Source: an uncultured Pseudobdellovibrionaceae bacterium
GTDB taxonomy: Bacteria > Bdellovibrionota > Bdellovibrionia > Bdellovibrionales > UBA1609
DNA: 64,000 bases
Assembly (NCBI GenBank): GCA_963803705.1
Contig: CAWDNU010000001.1
Span: 416,001 to 480,000 of the forward strand
Reading direction: 5' to 3'
Shown one piece after another: positions 10,255 to 20,612 of the stretch; the stretch's first letter is position 1, and the number at the start of each line of letters is the position of its first letter. The position numbers and the translations under genes were made by a program. A model generated the notes under the pieces. The model made no database searches and was not told the DNA's origin. It was given only the letters and a program-made list of their open reading frames with translations.

Positions 10255-10847
10255 GAACTGATTTTAATTTTTTTTTGTTTCGCGTACCACAACATAATTT
10301 TTTGAGCCACCTTCGACGGTGACTTTTCAAGGTAAAGACTTTTAAACATTGAGCTTTTCTGAATATCTTTTGGTATTTTAATGCTTCGATCGGCAAGTCT
10401 ACAAATCACTTTGGCCAGTTCTACATTTCCCAAAGATTTTGGTTTAATCTCTAATAATAAATTCTTAATACTAAGTGCTGCCGTTGTTCTTACATCGGAT
10501 GGCAGTTTCTTATTTTTAATAACCTGAAGTCGTTCGTCTATAATTTCTTGTAGTGTCTTTTCATAAGCGTTTAAAGTTTCTAATTCTGATTCTAGGTCTG
10601 TTAAAAGATCAGTTGCCAAATTATCGTCATTAGGTCTTGAAAGGAGCATGGTCATTGTTTCTTTCAAAGGCTTAATAGTCAGTTCTGCTTGGCGGGGGTA
10701 ACTATATTTCCTAGAGGCGTTAATCGCACTATTTTTTATCTGTCTAAGCTGATTATAATCCATAAATCTAAGTTTATTATAATCATAACTAGAGGCATAA
10801 ACTGTCTGAACTAAAAAAATAACACTAAAAAAAATCAGTCTGATCAT
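10215..10847 (-). CDS. Hypothetical exported protein
   Basis: Signal peptide MIRLIFFSVIFLVQTVYA after a GAGG RBS. Confidence 0.65.
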   Translation of the reverse strand: MIRLIFFSVIFLVQTVYASSYDYNKLRFMDYNQLRQIKNSAINASRKYSYPRQAELTIKPLKETMTMLLSRPNDDNLATDLLTDLESELETLNAYEKTLQEIIDERLQVIKNKKLPSDVRTTAALSIKNLLLEIKPKSLGNVELAKVICRLADRSIKIPKDIQKSSMFKSLYLEKSPSKVAQKIMLWYAKQKKIKISSQSGACPFSKRAI

Positions 10848-11118
10848 ATTCCTAACCTCTTGGTTCCAAAATGGAGCTTGATGTATATAGTTATACTTCA
10901 AATTGTACTTTAAATCATAGTTTGGGCGTTGTATTTGAGGTCATTGAAGTATTCTTGACTTAAGTTTAGTCGGTCTGTTTTTTTCAGCCTTGTCCTGAGA
11001 GCAGAGTATCTATAAACTAGTTATTGAATTTAGCAGTTAGATCAAGAAAATGTAATTAATTTAATATAAGTGCCCTCTAAGTAAAATTACGAAGCTGGGA
11101 CGCCAAGGAGAATTAAAA

Positions 11119-11904
11119 ATGAAGAATTTTGTTTTAGCGATTTTTGCAGTTAGCACTTTAGCGGGTTGCGGAAAAATTATGAAAAAAGTGATCGAAAATA
11201 ACCCGGACATCGTTTTCAGTGCGATTAAAAAAGATCCAGAGGGCTTTTTCAACACAATAGAGTCTACTCAGGATCAGATGAAAGAGATTGCTCAGAAAAA
11301 AGCTTCAGAAAAACAAGGCGAGGAATTAGAAGAGGCATTTAAAAACCCTGTTAACCCAGAGATTGGTGATGACAGAGCAATTTGGGGTAAAAAAGATGCA
11401 CCAATCACTATTGTAGAGTACGCAGATTTTTCTTGCTATTATTGCTCTGAAGCATCAAAAACTATTGCAAAAGTTAAAGAAGCTTACGGCGACAAAGTAA
11501 GAGTTCTATTTAAGCATTTCCATGTTTTAGGAAATCCTAACTCCGTGTATGCTTCTCAACTGATGGAAGGTATCGGTAAAATTGATGATGAAAAAGCTTA
11601 CGATTTCCACAAGGTAGTATTTGAAAATCAGGCAAAATTAAAATCTGATTCAGCTAAGTCATTCTTAGAGGATGAAGCTCGTAAGATAGTTGGTGCAGCA
11701 AACATGGCGCAAGTATTAAAATTTGCTAAATCTGATGACGTTAAAAAAATGATTGAGTCAGACAAAGAAGAAGCTGGTGGTAAATTTAAACTTCGCGGTA
11801 CCCCTGCGTTTAACATCAATGGTGTGACTCTTCGTGGCGCCGAGCAGTTTGATAAATTCAAGCAAGTGATTGATAGACACCTAGAAAATAAGGCAATCAA
11901 TTAA
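11119..11904 (+). CDS. DsbA/thioredoxin-fold lipoprotein
   Basis: Lipobox LAGC, EYADFSCYYC, GTP cis-Pro motif. Confidence 0.9.
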   Translation: MKNFVLAIFAVSTLAGCGKIMKKVIENNPDIVFSAIKKDPEGFFNTIESTQDQMKEIAQKKASEKQGEELEEAFKNPVNPEIGDDRAIWGKKDAPITIVEYADFSCYYCSEASKTIAKVKEAYGDKVRVLFKHFHVLGNPNSVYASQLMEGIGKIDDEKAYDFHKVVFENQAKLKSDSAKSFLEDEARKIVGAANMAQVLKFAKSDDVKKMIESDKEEAGGKFKLRGTPAFNINGVTLRGAEQFDKFKQVIDRHLENKAIN

Positions 11905-11930
11905 TCTTTAAATCAAATTTTAAAAATATC

Positions 11931-11962
11931 AAAAAGGCTTACGTAAAATGTAAGCCTTTTTT
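11931..11962 (+). terminator. Rho-independent terminator
   Basis: AAAAAGGCTTAC-gtaaaat-GTAAGCCTTTTTT. Confidence 0.85.
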
Positions 11963-12120
11963 CATTAGAAAATTTTGCAGCAAAATTTTGGCTAAAACCA
12001 AGCTTTATTCGAGCAAGTCAGCAACAATTTTTAAAATTTTGATTAAAGTGATAGGAATTTAGGTGAAAGAATGGATATAATCGTTTTTTCACGTCCGTAA
12101 AAAATTAGGTAAGGTGTCTT

Positions 12121-12768
12121 TTGTTAAGTATTAGAATTAAAAATTTGGTGATGTACCTTTTTTTCGTTATCACTTTAGCCAATTGCGCTTTTGCGCCTTT
12201 AACTGATCCGATAAGTCCTCAAACAATCGGTAAAGGAAATCAATCACAGCAGATCGCTGCTGGTTACCCTTATCTGGGCTATGTTTACACAATGGGTGTT
12301 GGTGAAACCTTTGATTTAGGACTACAAATGGAGTCGCAAATAAAGGGCTTTTCGATGGGTGCGAGGATTTTATTACAAGCCACAGATTACTCTGAAACAG
12401 AGTGGAGTGGATCGTTGTTGGGTGGGGCAGGTCTAACGACTGAAGGGTCTTACGTTTATGGTGGTATGGTTTGGGGGCGCAAATTTGGTTTTTACGAATT
12501 AACCTTAACTCCAAGGCTAAACTATACCAATATTAGCAGGGACATTGACGAGGATGTCACCGAAGACTTCCAAGATTTGTACTCTTTAAGGTTTACTGAA
12601 AAAGGCGACTATTTCTATGCGTCTTTATCCGTTGCTAATACCTTCTGGTTTAGGCCCAGTTTTGGTTTTACGCTTACCATTGGCGGAGCCTACTTATTTC
12701 CATGGATTGATTCTGTCGATAGCAGCTTTGTTGCTCCCTATGGTGGGATAGGACTTATTTTTAAATAA
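12121..12768 (+). CDS. Hypothetical lipoprotein / outer-membrane beta-barrel
   Basis: LANC lipobox; Gly/aromatic alternating beta strands. Confidence 0.6.
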   Translation: MLSIRIKNLVMYLFFVITLANCAFAPLTDPISPQTIGKGNQSQQIAAGYPYLGYVYTMGVGETFDLGLQMESQIKGFSMGARILLQATDYSETEWSGSLLGGAGLTTEGSYVYGGMVWGRKFGFYELTLTPRLNYTNISRDIDEDVTEDFQDLYSLRFTEKGDYFYASLSVANTFWFRPSFGFTLTIGGAYLFPWIDSVDSSFVAPYGGIGLIFK

Positions 12769-12809
12769 TTGCAGTATAAAAATGTTATCAAATTGAGCTG
12801 TAAAATTAT

Positions 12810-13586
12810 TTAAAGTAATCCAACAATTTTTGTCTCGTTTTTTTTGAACTCAACTTTTAGGGCTGTAACTTTAAGTCCCTCTTTAACGGCTACTTTTAAA
12901 GCACTGTCATAGGTTGGGTCAAGTTCCGCTGCTATTTCAAAAGCTTGAATACCCTCTCTTTGAATTACGTAAACCATCTCGCAAGAGTGTCCTTGTTTCA
13001 TTAGCTTTCCTAGCTCTTGAATATGTTTAGTTCCCCGGTTGGTCACCGAATCGGGAAACCTAGCTACACTGCCGATGGCCATGGTTACATTTTTGATCTC
13101 TATAAAGTGAAGTTTGGGATATTTAGAAATATTCTTAATTTCTGTTTTCTTCTTTATAGCTCCTAGTGAAGCTATGAAGTCTGGTTTAATTTTGTCTAAT
13201 TCTGGAAAGTCTTTTTCGCTCCAAAGGGCCATGTCCAATCTTGATTCCGAACTAACTTTTACTTCTTTTTGAGCTTTGCCGTACTTGGACCAGTGAGGAA
13301 TTAAATTATTATCCCATGCCTCGTAAACCAATGCGTTTGAAATTCCAGTGTTCACACCTATTCTTGATCTTTCAATTACCATTTGTTCTAAAGTCCATTT
13401 CAACTTTCTTTTCGGGTTCGAATTTTGGGTTAAGTAACAAGTGGCGTCTTCAGCTATGCAGGTTTTCATGCTTCCAGTATTAGGGACATGAGCAACGACG
13501 CTTAGTCCATCAATTTCGATATCAGCAAAGAAACGTTTATAGCGTTTTAAAAACTTGCCCTTGATAAGTGGACTTTTGTAAATCAC
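12810..13586 (-). CDS. sfsA: SfsA DNA/RNA nuclease
   Basis: KRYKRFFAD, HVPNTGSM, IEIKNVT, FPDSVTNRGTKH. Confidence 0.93.
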   Translation of the reverse strand: MIYKSPLIKGKFLKRYKRFFADIEIDGLSVVAHVPNTGSMKTCIAEDATCYLTQNSNPKRKLKWTLEQMVIERSRIGVNTGISNALVYEAWDNNLIPHWSKYGKAQKEVKVSSESRLDMALWSEKDFPELDKIKPDFIASLGAIKKKTEIKNISKYPKLHFIEIKNVTMAIGSVARFPDSVTNRGTKHIQELGKLMKQGHSCEMVYVIQREGIQAFEIAAELDPTYDSALKVAVKEGLKVTALKVEFKKNETKIVGLL

Positions 13587-13831
13587 TTAAACTCCAGGAT
13601 GTAATAAGGCTAGGGTTTTGAAATAAAATCTGGCAATAAAACGCTAGAATTTATAAGTAATCATAACTTATGCTGACCTTTTAAATGATAGTAGAGCTGA
13701 TGTGCTGCATGATTGGACAGCACCCAGGTAATAAAAGACGAGCCCAAAGTTTATGCGGCATCAAGCGCGGTAAGCCATCCATACAATATTAGTGCTGACT
13801 TAAACGGTTTTTTTAGCTAAAACAGGAAGTT

Positions 13832-14770
13832 ATGAAAGCTAAGATAGACAAAATACCCTCTGGTCGAAATACGATGCCAAAGCCGTCTTGGATTAAGATG
13901 CGTCCTCCTGCAGGCGAAAAATATCTTGAATTAAAAAAAATGTTTAAAGAGCTTAATTTAGCCACTGTTTGCCAAGAGGCTCAGTGTCCTAATGTTGCAG
14001 AATGTTGGTCCGGTGGAACAGCGACAATTATGTTAATGGGTGACACTTGCACCCGTGGCTGTAGATTTTGTGATGTTAAAACAGGCAATCCAAAAGGTGA
14101 GATCGATACAGATGAACCCCAAAAGGTAAGTTATGCCATTTCTAAAATGGGTTTAGATTATGTTGTTTTAACAAGTGTTGATCGTGATGATTTGCCAGAC
14201 GAGGGCTCGGGACACTTTGCAGAAACCATCGAGTTGATTAAAATGCTAGATCCGGACTTAATTGTGGAAGTTTTAACACCTGACTTCAAAGGTAATAAAG
14301 ATTTTGTTAAAAAGATAGTTGATTCGAAACCAGATGTTTTTGCGCATAATATCGAGACTGTAAAAAGGCTTACTCCGGCAGTCAGAGATCCAAGAGCTGG
14401 CTATCAACAAAGCATGGACGTTTTAAAAATGGTTAAAGATATAGATCCGAAGCGATATACAAAATCCTCTATAATGTTGGGATTGGGCGAGACTGATGCC
14501 GAAGTCCAAGAGTGTCTTGAAGATTTAAGATCAGTTGGTTGTGATGTGATTACATTCGGCCAGTATTTGCAGCCCCAGAAACGCCACTTGCAAGTTCAAA
14601 ATTATATAACTCCAGAAAAATTTAAACAATGGCAGACTGTTGCTGAGCAAATGGGATTTTTATATGTAGCCAGCGGCCCTTTAGTTAGAAGTTCTTACCG
14701 TGCAGGTGAGTTTTTTATGAAAGGAATTATTGAAAAGCAAAAGCAAAATGAAAAGCAAAATAAAATTTAG
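13832..14770 (+). CDS. lipA: Lipoyl synthase
   Basis: CQEAQCPNVAECW and CTRGCRFC clusters, RSSY. Confidence 0.97.
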   Translation: MKAKIDKIPSGRNTMPKPSWIKMRPPAGEKYLELKKMFKELNLATVCQEAQCPNVAECWSGGTATIMLMGDTCTRGCRFCDVKTGNPKGEIDTDEPQKVSYAISKMGLDYVVLTSVDRDDLPDEGSGHFAETIELIKMLDPDLIVEVLTPDFKGNKDFVKKIVDSKPDVFAHNIETVKRLTPAVRDPRAGYQQSMDVLKMVKDIDPKRYTKSSIMLGLGETDAEVQECLEDLRSVGCDVITFGQYLQPQKRHLQVQNYITPEKFKQWQTVAEQMGFLYVASGPLVRSSYRAGEFFMKGIIEKQKQNEKQNKI

Positions 14771-14831
14771 ATTTACGCAAATTTTTTTGTAAAAAGGTTA
14801 ATATAATTAAATTATTTAGATAGGAGTTTAA

Positions 14832-16234
14832 ATGTCTCAAATTGAAGTAGCGTTACCAGATGTAGGCGAAGGCGTCACAGAGGGTGAAATGGTGAAGTGG
14901 CTAGTAAGCATAGGTGATTCTGTTGAAGCAGATCAACCCATTGCCGAAGTTATGACAGATAAAGCTACCGTTGAAGTTCCGACTGCTCAAGCTGGCGTCG
15001 TCAAAGAGTTTAAGGTGAACGAAGGCGACGTAGTTCCAATCGGTAAAGTGATGTTGGTTTTAGATTCTTCCGCTGAGAGTTCAACTGGCTCAGCAAAAGA
15101 TGATCAAAAAGCCAAGAGCGATGGTCAAGAAACGCAAAGCTAAAGACGATGCTGACGATGCTAAAGGCAAAGAAGTTGAAGCAGGTGATTCAAAAAAAGT
15201 TGATCAACAAGATTCAAAGAAAAACTCTAAGTCGTCAATTGTGAGACCAGAAAAAGAGTCTTCTACTGAATCAGATGTGGTGCCTCCGGCAGCTGAATCA
15301 AAGGTTTTAGCCACACCGTCAACTAGACGTTTGGCACGTGAAATGTCCATCGATATAAACGATCTACAAGGCTCGGGATTAGCAGGTCGAGTGACGAGAG
15401 AAGACGTGATGTCTACTTCTAGCGGAAATGCATCTGATCAAGGAAACGTTCAGCCCTTAAGCTCACCGTCCAAAGCTAAACCGACACTAAAAGATATTCC
15501 TAAAGCCGGCTTTTCAAACATTCTCCTCTGGTCAGGAGGAAAGAGTCGCTATCCGCGGCGTTCGTAAAAAAATTGCTGCAAATATGCAAATGGCTAAGCA
15601 TGTGATTCCGCATTTTACTTTAATGGATGAGGCCAATGTGACTGAACTAGTTAAATTTAGAGAGTCCGCAAAAGCTGTGGGCCAAAAGTATGGGGTGAAA
15701 ATTACTTATTTGCCTTTTGTTATGAAAGCTTTGATTGCAACGTCGAAAGAATTTCCAATGTTCAATGCAAGTATCGATGATCAAGCTGAAGAGATCGTAT
15801 ATAAAAAATACTTTAATCTTGGTTTTGCAGCAGATACGCCAAATGGATTGATGGTTCCGGTTATCCATGATGCCGACCACAAAACTATTCTCCAATTGAG
15901 TTCTGAAATCATAGATTTAGCAAATCGTGCTAGGGACGGTAAACTTAAGCTAGAAGAGATGAAAGGTGCTACTATTACTATTACAAATATTGGAAGTATC
16001 GGGGGCAACTACGCTACTCCAATTATTAACCACCCTGAAGTCGCTATATTGGGAATGTACAAGATAACCGATAAACCGCTAATGATTAACGGCAAATTTA
16101 GACCAGCTAAAGTTATGAATTTAACAGTCACTGCAGATCACAGATTGATTGATGGCGCAGTAGCTGCAAACTTCTTAGCCTCTTTCATCAAAAAGTTGGA
16201 AAACCCAAGCGAGTTAATGTTGAATATGGTGTGA
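14832..16234 (+). pseudogene. 2-oxoacid dehydrogenase E2 (dihydrolipoamide acyltransferase) with two +1 frameshifts (pseudogene or sequencing error)
   Basis: Lipoyl domain (TDKATVE), E3-binding domain (ATPSTRRLARE...GRVTREDV) and catalytic domain (DHRLIDG) lie in three successive frames. Confidence 0.8.
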
Positions 16235-16419
16235 TGAAGATATTGAAGAAGTGCGGTGTCGACATCAGTAAATTATGCCGTTGCTGCGCAGCTGGATGAC
16301 CAGTTAAGGTAGTTTTGACAAGCATTTGAATGCTTGTGAACCAAACAGGTTATGACCGGCGCACGACTGAAAGATGCTAATTGCCTCGAGCCTTTGGAAA
16401 TTTATTTAGGAGATGTATA

Positions 16420-17895
16420 ATGTCTGTTCAAACAAAAGATGGTTATGATGTGTGTGTAATAGGTGCTGGGCCAGGTGGCTATGTGGCTGCTATCAGAAGC
16501 GCACAATTAGGATTAAAAACTTGTATCATTGAAAGGGAGTTTTTAGGCGGCGTTTGCTTAAATGTCGGCTGTATACCTTCTAAGGCGATGATTTCAGCAG
16601 CAGAATTTTTACACCAAACCCAACACCAAAGCGCAGCCATGGGTATCATGGTGGGTAATGTTAGACTTGATATGAAAAAATTGAAAGGCTGGAAAGAATC
16701 AGTTTCACAAAAGATGTCAGGTGGCGTTTCGCAATTATTAAAAGGAAATAAAGTCGAAATTATTAAGGGTGAAGCCAAATTCAAAAGTGCGACAACTTTA
16801 AAAGTTAAGTCTGAAAATGGTGAGGACTTAGAAATAAATTCGAAGAACTTTATTGTAGCTACAGGCTCAAGACCTATAGAAATACCAGGATTCAAATTTG
16901 ATGAAAAAACTGTTTTAAGTTCAACAGGTGCATTAGATTTAGATCAGGTTCCTAAAAAACTTATTGTCATTGGTGGCGGCTATATTGGCTTAGAGATTGG
17001 CGGTTATTTAAATAAGCTGGGCTCTGAAGTTACGGTTTTAGAAGCAGCAGACAAATTGCTTTCAGGTGTGGTGGAGCCCGACCTTGTCGCAGTCGTTGAA
17101 AGAAAGCTAAAAAAAGAAGGCGTAAATATTAAATACAAAGCCTTAGCAAAAGTTTTTGAGAAAAAAGGATCTAAAATCGTCGTAAAGGCCGAAGTTGCTG
17201 GCAAAGTTGAAAGCTTCGAATGTGATAAGATTATTGTCACAGTCGGAAGAAAACCTAATTCTGACGAGATGGGTTTAAAAGAATTAAAAATGGCTATTGA
17301 TGAAAAGGGTTTCGTCCTGGTCGATGCTAAAAGACGTACTAATATACCTGGCATATATGCTATTGGCGATATTGCTGGTCAACCTATGTTGGCCCATAAA
17401 GCTAGCCACGAAGGTGTGTTAGTCGCTGAAAATATATCCGGCAAAAACAGAGCTTACGACGCTAAAACCGTACCTGCCGTCATCTTTACAGATCCTGAAA
17501 TTGCGTCTGCTGGTATGACTGAAAGCGAATGTCGTGAGGCCGGTTATAGTAGTCTTAAAATTGGTAAATTTCCTTTTGCAGCTAATGGCAAAGCTGTGTC
17601 ACTTCAGGCCACAGACGGCTTCGTAAAAATTATTGCAGATGAAGCTACTAAAATAGTTCTAGGTGTTCATATTGTAGGACCCCAAGCATCCAACTTGATT
17701 TCTGAAGCTGTGCTTGCCATTGAAATGGGTGCAACACTAGAGGACATAGCATTATCGATTCACCCTCATCCAACTTTAGGTGAAACTATGATGGAGGCTG
17801 CAGAGGCAACTCTTGGACATGCTATTCATATCATTCAAAAGCCACTTTCTAAGGCCGCCACGTCAGCTCAGGCTGAAAACACGACCAGACATTAA
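16420..17895 (+). CDS. lpdA: Dihydrolipoamide dehydrogenase
   Basis: GAGPGG, CLNVGCIPSK, HPHPTLGE; AGGAG RBS before ATG 16420. Confidence 0.97.
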   Translation: MSVQTKDGYDVCVIGAGPGGYVAAIRSAQLGLKTCIIEREFLGGVCLNVGCIPSKAMISAAEFLHQTQHQSAAMGIMVGNVRLDMKKLKGWKESVSQKMSGGVSQLLKGNKVEIIKGEAKFKSATTLKVKSENGEDLEINSKNFIVATGSRPIEIPGFKFDEKTVLSSTGALDLDQVPKKLIVIGGGYIGLEIGGYLNKLGSEVTVLEAADKLLSGVVEPDLVAVVERKLKKEGVNIKYKALAKVFEKKGSKIVVKAEVAGKVESFECDKIIVTVGRKPNSDEMGLKELKMAIDEKGFVLVDAKRRTNIPGIYAIGDIAGQPMLAHKASHEGVLVAENISGKNRAYDAKTVPAVIFTDPEIASAGMTESECREAGYSSLKIGKFPFAANGKAVSLQATDGFVKIIADEATKIVLGVHIVGPQASNLISEAVLAIEMGATLEDIALSIHPHPTLGETMMEAAEATLGHAIHIIQKPLSKAATSAQAENTTRH

Positions 17896-17898
17896 ACC

Positions 17899-18549
17899 TT
17901 GGATTTTATAGACTTAGGTTTGGTTGATTTCAAAAAGGCCTTAACTCTTCAAGAAGGCTTAGTTGAAAAACGTTATGCCAACATCATATCTGATACGATA
18001 ATAATTTGTAGCCATCCGCCGGTGGTCACATTAGGGCGATCTACAAAAAAATCAGACTTGCAAGGTTGGAAAGGTGACACGTTTGAGGTTCGCAGGGGCG
18101 GTCGTGCAACCTATCACGGACCCAAACAACTTGTTGTTTATCCAATAGTGAATTTGAACCAACAGAATTTTATAAACCTTAAAATTAAAGACGTGATGTG
18201 TTTTCTTAAGTTATTTGAACAAGCTATTCTTAGCAGTTTGAAGCTGACCGGTTATGACAAAATGGTCCTAAAAGAAGATGTGGATTTTGATGAAAACGGA
18301 AAACAGTTGCTTAATCGTGGCATCTGGTGCGATGGCAAAAAGACAGTAGCATTTGGGATCGCTGTACGAAAATGGGTCACCTATCACGGCTGTGCGATCA
18401 ATCTGTATGCAGATGAAAAAAGTTTTCAGGGCATCCAGCCTTGTGGTTACAGTTCGAAAGTCATTGGTAGTTTAGATAAAATACAGAACTTTGATTTGAA
18501 GCTGTTGAAGAAAAATTTAAAAACTGAGCTCGCTAACTATTTAATCTAG
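17899..18549 (+). CDS. lipB: Lipoyl(octanoyl) transferase
   Basis: HPPVVTLGR, RGGRATYHGPKQLVVYP, HGCAIN, PCG. Confidence 0.93.
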   Translation: MDFIDLGLVDFKKALTLQEGLVEKRYANIISDTIIICSHPPVVTLGRSTKKSDLQGWKGDTFEVRRGGRATYHGPKQLVVYPIVNLNQQNFINLKIKDVMCFLKLFEQAILSSLKLTGYDKMVLKEDVDFDENGKQLLNRGIWCDGKKTVAFGIAVRKWVTYHGCAINLYADEKSFQGIQPCGYSSKVIGSLDKIQNFDLKLLKKNLKTELANYLI

Positions 18550-18700
18550 GGCCTGTGGAAGATTCATCTAGGTTTTACATGCTTTAGATTCAATTGAGGT
18601 TGTTTTAAGCGCAGACTGAGGTTTTTGAAGTGTAGCGCCCAGCAGGTCAGTGCGAGTCTTATTTCGAAGGTCTGTAGCAACATTTGTCTTAAAAATTAAA
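18549..18700. mobile_element. Possible decayed MITE/REP relic
   Basis: Begins GGGCCTGTGGAA (11/12 match to the TIR at 19151); imperfect internal palindrome; no clear right end. Confidence 0.3.
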
Positions 18701-18788
18701 CATTTGAAGATCCAAGGGGGAATTTTGCGGTGAAGATTTCAAATATAATAATGTCAAATGTTGAAAAAATATATTAAAGGAGATTTGA

Positions 18789-19109
18789 ATGAAAGAAAGA
18801 TCGAGTAATGAAATAATTAATGTTGAAAACCGTGAGCTAGTCTCGCAACCGAACTCAGAACAGATATTGCCAAGTAATCTGAAGGCCAAGTTCCAGGAAG
18901 CCAAACATTGGGCTTTGGATAATCCGATACAAGCTACAGGTCTGACCCTAGTAAGCTTGTTATTTTTAAGAACTCGCCTGACTCGCAAAGCACTATACTG
19001 GGCAGCGACGACTGTAGCATCTTCAGAGCTCCTAGGGGTTTTGGGCAATAGCTTTAAGGACGAAGTAGCGAAAAGTAAAAACCTAGACGAAACATCTGAG
19101 TTACATTGA
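18789..19109 (+). CDS. Small hypothetical membrane-anchored protein
   Basis: AAGGAG RBS; hydrophobic segment after NP; no family recognised. Confidence 0.6.
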   Translation: MKERSSNEIINVENRELVSQPNSEQILPSNLKAKFQEAKHWALDNPIQATGLTLVSLLFLRTRLTRKALYWAATTVASSELLGVLGNSFKDEVAKSKNLDETSELH

Positions 19110-19150
19110 TTTTATGGATGGTACGCTGGTTTAAAGCTTGAAACCTAAGT

Positions 19151-19275
19151 GGGCCTGTTGAAAAAGCATCATCTTCGTTGTTGCCTTCGCTTAAATCTCA
19201 TTCGACGTAGATAAACTACGACTCATTCGATCTTAAGCTTGGACGCCTAGAATCTAATACTTTTTCAACAGGCCC
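19151..19275. mobile_element. 125-bp MITE with 16-bp TIRs and 4-bp target-site duplication
   Basis: GGGCCTGTTGAAAAAG ... CTTTTTCAACAGGCCC, flanked on both sides by AAGT. Confidence 0.85.
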
Positions 19276-19430
19276 AAGTGATACTTCCAAAACATTATAA
19301 AAACAGATAATCGTAAATCTTATATTAGATTGACCCGTGTTAGCAGCTTCAGAATTGACACAATTTGGCTCAAATTAGTTTAGACAGGATATTGGTCATC
19401 ACTGTTTTTAATTTCTGATATAACTTTGGA

Positions 19431-20168
19431 ATGACTAAAAACTTTGATAAAATTTTAGTATTCACAGATGGAGCTTGTTCAGGCAATCCTGGGCCGGGTG
19501 GCTATGGAACTGTCCTAGTTTATCCGGAAGGTAGGATTGAAGAGCTTGGCGGAGGCGAAAAGAATACCACTAATAATCGTATGGAAATGTTGGCTACAAT
19601 TCGTGGCCTAGGAAAAGTTTCAGGTTCGAAGATCATAGTGTTGGTGTTAACGGATTCAACGTACGTGATTCGAGGTATAAGCCAGTGGATCTTCGGTTGG
19701 AAACGAAAAGGCTGGAAGACTGCTGCGGGAAAGGAAGTTTCTAATAAGGACTTGTGGCAAAGGTTAGATCAGTTAGTTTCTGACTTAAAAAGCACCACTA
19801 CTATCGAGTGGGGCTACGTAAGAGGCCATCAGGGCATTCCTGGAAACGAAAGATGCGATGAAATCGCTGTGGCTTTTTCAAAAGGAAAATATATTGAGCT
19901 TTACCAAGGAGACTTATTTAACTACCAGTATGCTATTCATGATATTCCAGAAGACATTTCAATTCCAGCTAGTAAAGGCACAGATTCAGAAGTCGGACAC
20001 AAGGTCAAAAAGAAAGCTTATTCTTACGTCAGTCTAGTTGATGGGAAAATCTACGTAGATAAAACTTGGTCAGAGTGTGAAGCCAGAGTTAAAGGGCGTT
20101 CTGGCGTAAAATTTAAAAAGTCGACGTCTGGCGACGACGAAAAACAAATTATAAAAAAGTGGTCATAA
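19431..20168 (+). CDS. rnhA: Ribonuclease HI with C-terminal hybrid-binding domain
   Basis: TDGACSGNPGPGG, TTNNRME, DSTYV, GHQGIPGNERCD; C-terminal TWSECEARVKG...FKK. Confidence 0.93.
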   Translation: MTKNFDKILVFTDGACSGNPGPGGYGTVLVYPEGRIEELGGGEKNTTNNRMEMLATIRGLGKVSGSKIIVLVLTDSTYVIRGISQWIFGWKRKGWKTAAGKEVSNKDLWQRLDQLVSDLKSTTTIEWGYVRGHQGIPGNERCDEIAVAFSKGKYIELYQGDLFNYQYAIHDIPEDISIPASKGTDSEVGHKVKKKAYSYVSLVDGKIYVDKTWSECEARVKGRSGVKFKKSTSGDDEKQIIKKWS

Positions 20169-20177
20169 CATTTTTCG

Positions 20178-20585
20178 TTATTGGTTTCTGATGCTTAAGC
20201 CAAGTTTCTTAACGCCACCCAACTTAATCTGATCTAATATCGATATTACATCTCCGTGTGAAACGTTTTCATCAGCGGATATTACGGCCTGTCCAGCTGG
20301 ATTCTCAGAGATAAACCCTGCAGCTAAAGCTTTTAAATTTTCGAATTGGATAGGTTCGCCATTTAAAGTAATTTCTTCCTTCGATGAAACCATTAGTTGA
20401 AAAGGAGTAAACTTTGTTTTGTCACCCGTGGTAGCCTCGGGCAGTTGAATTTTTAGGGAAGGTCTCATCACAACTGGTGCTGTTACCATAAAGATTATCA
20501 ATATAACTAATAATATATCTACAAATGGTACTATATTTATATCCGAGATTAGATCATCATCGTCGTTCTTTGCTCTTTGTCCCAT
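20178..20585 (-). CDS. exbD: ExbD/TolR family protein
   Basis: INIVPFVDILLVILIIFMV, LPEA, ADENVSHG. Confidence 0.9.
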   Translation of the reverse strand: MGQRAKNDDDDLISDINIVPFVDILLVILIIFMVTAPVVMRPSLKIQLPEATTGDKTKFTPFQLMVSSKEEITLNGEPIQFENLKALAAGFISENPAGQAVISADENVSHGDVISILDQIKLGGVKKLGLSIRNQ

Positions 20586-20612
20586 CTTAAAACCTTTTGT
20601 TAAACCAGCAGA

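Noticed and set aside
11906..12048. Possible fourth hairpin copy (about 22-bp imperfect outer IR and TATTCGAGC)
   Set aside because: AT-rich imperfect arms, no YGAGTTC, and the motif is not at an arm junction
13690..13790. GC-richer patch upstream of lipA as a riboswitch
   Set aside because: Only a short GTGCTG/CAGCAC stem; no recognisable aptamer consensus
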